NCBI GenBank assembly: GCA_976226885.1
Contig: OZ320322.1
Location: 25,730,001-25,794,000, forward strand
Direction: 5' to 3'
Origin: Iphione sp. A-MEVVRFRX5
Lineage: Eukaryota
DNA: 64,000 nt
In this document: positions 60,735 to 64,000 of the stretch, in pieces
Layout: each line of letters opens with the position of its first letter
Numbering within the stretch: position 1 is the first letter of the stretch
Notes under the pieces: generated by a model
The model's database searches: none
Seen by the model: only the letters and a program-made list of their open reading frames with translations
Told to the model about the DNA's origin: nothing
Position numbers and translations under genes: made by a program

Positions 60735-63402
60735 ATGTCTAAGAAGATATTCCTGTGGTTATTGTGTGTAACCATCCTTGGATATGTATCGGGAAAGGAT
60801 CTTTCATTTAAAGGTATGGAACACGACCATGATTCCCATGATTTACAAAGTGTAAGGCATTCTTCAACATCGCCATTTAGTAAATGGCCTGCTCATTTGA
60901 GTGCAAGCCTGATATTAAGTAGAACGGAGGAGGTCTAATTCAGACACTTCATTAGTAGATAGCGGACCCATTTAACACAACTTAGGTTTTTATGCTTTAC
61001 AAATATTGATATATACTTTATTGACATTATTTGAAATAAGTCTATCCTTTAATTCTTTTCAAATTTATATGATGAGAAACATTTCAGTAACATGATGGAA
61101 TGTTAGTCTATTTCTTTTATATTCATTCCCCATTGGTATGAGAACAGTGTATTTATTAAGAACTGGTCGGAAACACACTCTTCGCTACATGTCAGATAGT
61201 GATTCTAAGATAAGTACGACTATCATCTTTAGAAACGATGATATTTCAGCAGCACTATCAAAATTTGCCATCTAGTAAACGAATGATTATTAGCTGTGAA
61301 ATAGTATGGCATACATTGCCAGCATAATTACAAAACTGTTTTCTCCATTTGCATGATAATAAAATGTTAAAGTGCTAAGTCAAACTTTCAACAAAGGATT
61401 GGAAGTAGTTTGTCCATCTAATTTTGATAATGGTTATGGAAATCACATGAGATAACCCCCCCCCCCCCAAAAAAAATAGTTGTGTTTCTGGTAACCCACT
61501 CCTACCTAGTAAAACCTCACCTTACCTAAAAATATTTTGGGCCCAAAGAGTTTCTAAGGCTGAATTTCCTTAGATACATGTTTTCATGACATATTTTTTG
61601 TACATTCAGTAGAAAAACAACAGAATTCATGGAAATTCACCAAAAAACTGTAAAACTCATACAGATTAGTCAAAATTTCATATTGTCTTTATTATTATTC
61701 AAAACCAGAGGAAGAAACTGGAAAAAAGTCTAAAAAAAATGTAACCCCCATCCCTACATAGGTTTTTGGCTGGTCATTACCAGAAACACATTTCTGTGGC
61801 CTAAGGCATATTTTAGCAGCCCGATAAGGAGTTATTTCATTCCTGTAGTATGAGAATGATTATGAAATTTGCAAACAGCGGAGCACGCTTTTTTTCCTTA
61901 CTTTGAAGAGTTCCCTATATAAGAAAAGCTTCATCGTTGGATTTACAAGTGTTCAGGAAAACTTTGTCAATATGATTGGAATGTATCATGCCCATTTGGT
62001 ATTAGTATAATTTTAACATATACATTTGATCGGATATATTCTGACAGCCTTACTGGAAGATAGTTTCCCATCTGGCATAGGAATAATTATGATAAATATT
62101 ACGAATACTTATTAACTACTACAAATGCTTTGCCGTTTCGGTTAAAAGCTAGTTTACTGATTTTGAAAGATGTATAAGGAATTGCAAATAATAGATGGCC
62201 AAGACGCTCCTTTTAAACAGACTCATGGGCTATCCTTCGTGTTCCTTCACGTAGCTCAATTTATCCTCTGTATGTTTTACCAGTTATCATGTTCTTTCAT
62301 GCTTTTTCAATGTGGTATTGTCTGCTCGCCGGGTCTCTCCTATATGGGACGGCAGTATTCTTTCCTTTTATTCAACGTGTTTTTAAGAAAATACTGAAAC
62401 GGAAAAAAGAAATAAATATTCCAAATTATTGCAAAACATTAAATTGCTCTGTCATTTTGTCATCAGTGCCATGTCAAAGTCCATCGTACATATTTGATTT
62501 GAATGCAGTCATAGTAAAGAGCTTTATGCATGTTACCGATATTAATCAAATTTTGTCACGTATCATATAGCTTCAAAATAGGTTCAATTATGTTTCATTG
62601 TTTTTCAGAGTTCTATTATCAAAAATTCCGGGTAAGTGCGATCTTTTCATGAATAAATTCACCCCAGTTGAGATTCATTTTGAAATGTTCGCCTATAAAA
62701 TTTCTTCTTTTTGGCAATAAAGTGGTTGATCCGAATGCAGCTGTACCGCCGGTTTGCACTAAGCGATTAAAGTATCTAGTATGAAATGTCAGATAGATGG
62801 AGTAACAGCTACGGAAGGTGGGTGTGATGCAGCATTCCAAACAAAGACCATTTCTACATCAAGAATGCGTCGTGCACGTCATCGAATTATCCAAAATGGG
62901 TGTGTTTAGCCTTCATACAGCTCCCTCTAAACCTTTCTCTTTCTGTTTCTGCTTTCTTTATTCGATGAACTCGCAGAATTTCTGCAAGTTGGTTCCATAC
63001 GATAGGATGGTGACGAAGAAGATAGAAATTGAGGGACACACGAAGGTCTGCAAAGCTCTTGTCGTCTACAAGAAATGCCAGGGATACTGTCCAAACTTCA
63101 CCATGTACCGTTACGTACGGAAGTTCATTTACGACCCTTATTACTACAAGACACGCGCCTACGGCAACGTGCTAGACGTGTTCAACCGGCACGCGTTCCA
63201 TTACGGACCTCGTCATAAGACCAAGTACTTCTCGGGGCGATTCGTCTGGTCCAGGGTGCCCTACGAACGTGCACGCTGCTGCAAGCCGTTCCGTATCGGC
63301 AAGCTGGTGCAGCTGGTCAAATTCGACTGTGGGAAGTTTGGCTACAAGAAGGTCGAGCTCGGTATCGAGCAGCCCAAATTCTGTGCCTGCGAGGACTGGT
63401 AA
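60735..63402 (+). CDS. CK2: secreted cystine-knot protein with a Tyr/Lys/Arg-rich insert (175 aa, 3 exons)
   Basis: Exons 60735-60813 (MSKKIFLWLLCVTILGYVSGKDLSFK, G|gtatgg, phase 1), 62609-62631 (23-nt micro-exon, tttttcag|...CGG|gtaagt, adds EFYYQKFR) and 62977-63402 (ctcgcag|, phase 0). Cys pattern C-x21-C-x8-CQGYC-x62-CC-x15-C-x17-CAC-EDW*. Confidence 0.88.
61481..61790. mobile_element. MITE-like element in CK2 intron 1 (310 bp)
   Basis: TGTGTTTCTGGTAA ... TTACCAGAAACACA: perfect 14-bp inverted termini. Confidence 0.6.
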
Positions 63403-64000
63403 AAGATTGCTACCATTTATATTTTAACATCTTCCACTTGTATAATTCACCGATTGCTTTTGCGGCTGTAACTCCTCCACCGCCAGACATCACAAACATG
63501 TGCTTTTGGCGTAGACATCCTGCAGCTTCTCTACACGTTTCCGATGGTAACAGACCCATCTTGGAGCTTTTGTAACATAGGGATTAGTTGGTTGGAAAAT
63601 ACTCGATCCTCCCTTTGATTCCAATGCTAGACTACTTTGTTCGTCTATATTCGAATTTCACACACTTTTTGGGTGATGCACTGTTGTTGGCTAGACTCAA
63701 ATATCACTCAAAAAAGCAATTGGTGAATATATTCATTTTATAAGGAAATACTCGACTCAATTAGCCTGGCAATGTCAGAAGATATAGTTTATAATACCAA
63801 TTCAAATTCCAAAGAATTTTTTTAGGCATAGTGGATATGTATCCCACTGCATAGCTCATGTCTTTTTCATAAAAATGAATTGTTTTAGTGTAGGGATAGG
63901 CAGAAACAATCATCATGCAGAGGTCATATACTCCCTGCTCCGTTGACATAATACCTATGCTATAGTTTTAGGGAGGGGCGATTAGTGATCCATACGTGCA

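Noticed and set aside
1-64000. Prokaryotic, viral or organellar origin; rRNA or tRNA genes
   Set aside because: Low coding density, spliceosomal introns and eukaryotic transposon families point to a nuclear animal genome; no rRNA or tRNA signature was seen.

Overview
Animal genomic DNA: AT-rich, with GT-AG introns and many transposons; a marine invertebrate is my inference, not something the sequence proves. The host content is a same-strand cluster of small secreted cystine-knot-like genes. Two are intact paralogs (CK1 9034-17609, CK2 60735-63402) with the same signal-exon / micro-exon / final-exon layout and an almost identical 9-Cys scaffold (only the C1-C2 spacing differs, 22 vs 21). They carry completely different Tyr-rich basic inserts in the knot loop: 154 aa with 14 GYG-type hexapeptides versus 62 aa rich in Tyr/Lys/Arg. 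A decayed third paralog lies at about 34671-37073 and another decayed cystine-knot-like frame at 6906-7378. Between them are a complete 14.7-kb CACTA/EnSpm (CMC) transposon, a decayed Sola element with TIRs and TSD, a decayed DIRS-type tyrosine-recombinase retroelement, a probable solo LTR, several MITEs and low-confidence enzyme pseudogenes. The CMC element has intact divergent transposase and SAM-domain genes, a 68-bp-stem hairpin in the shared promoter and an unexplained in-frame 174-codon alternative terminal exon. All family calls come from manual translation and motif recognition; no database search was run.
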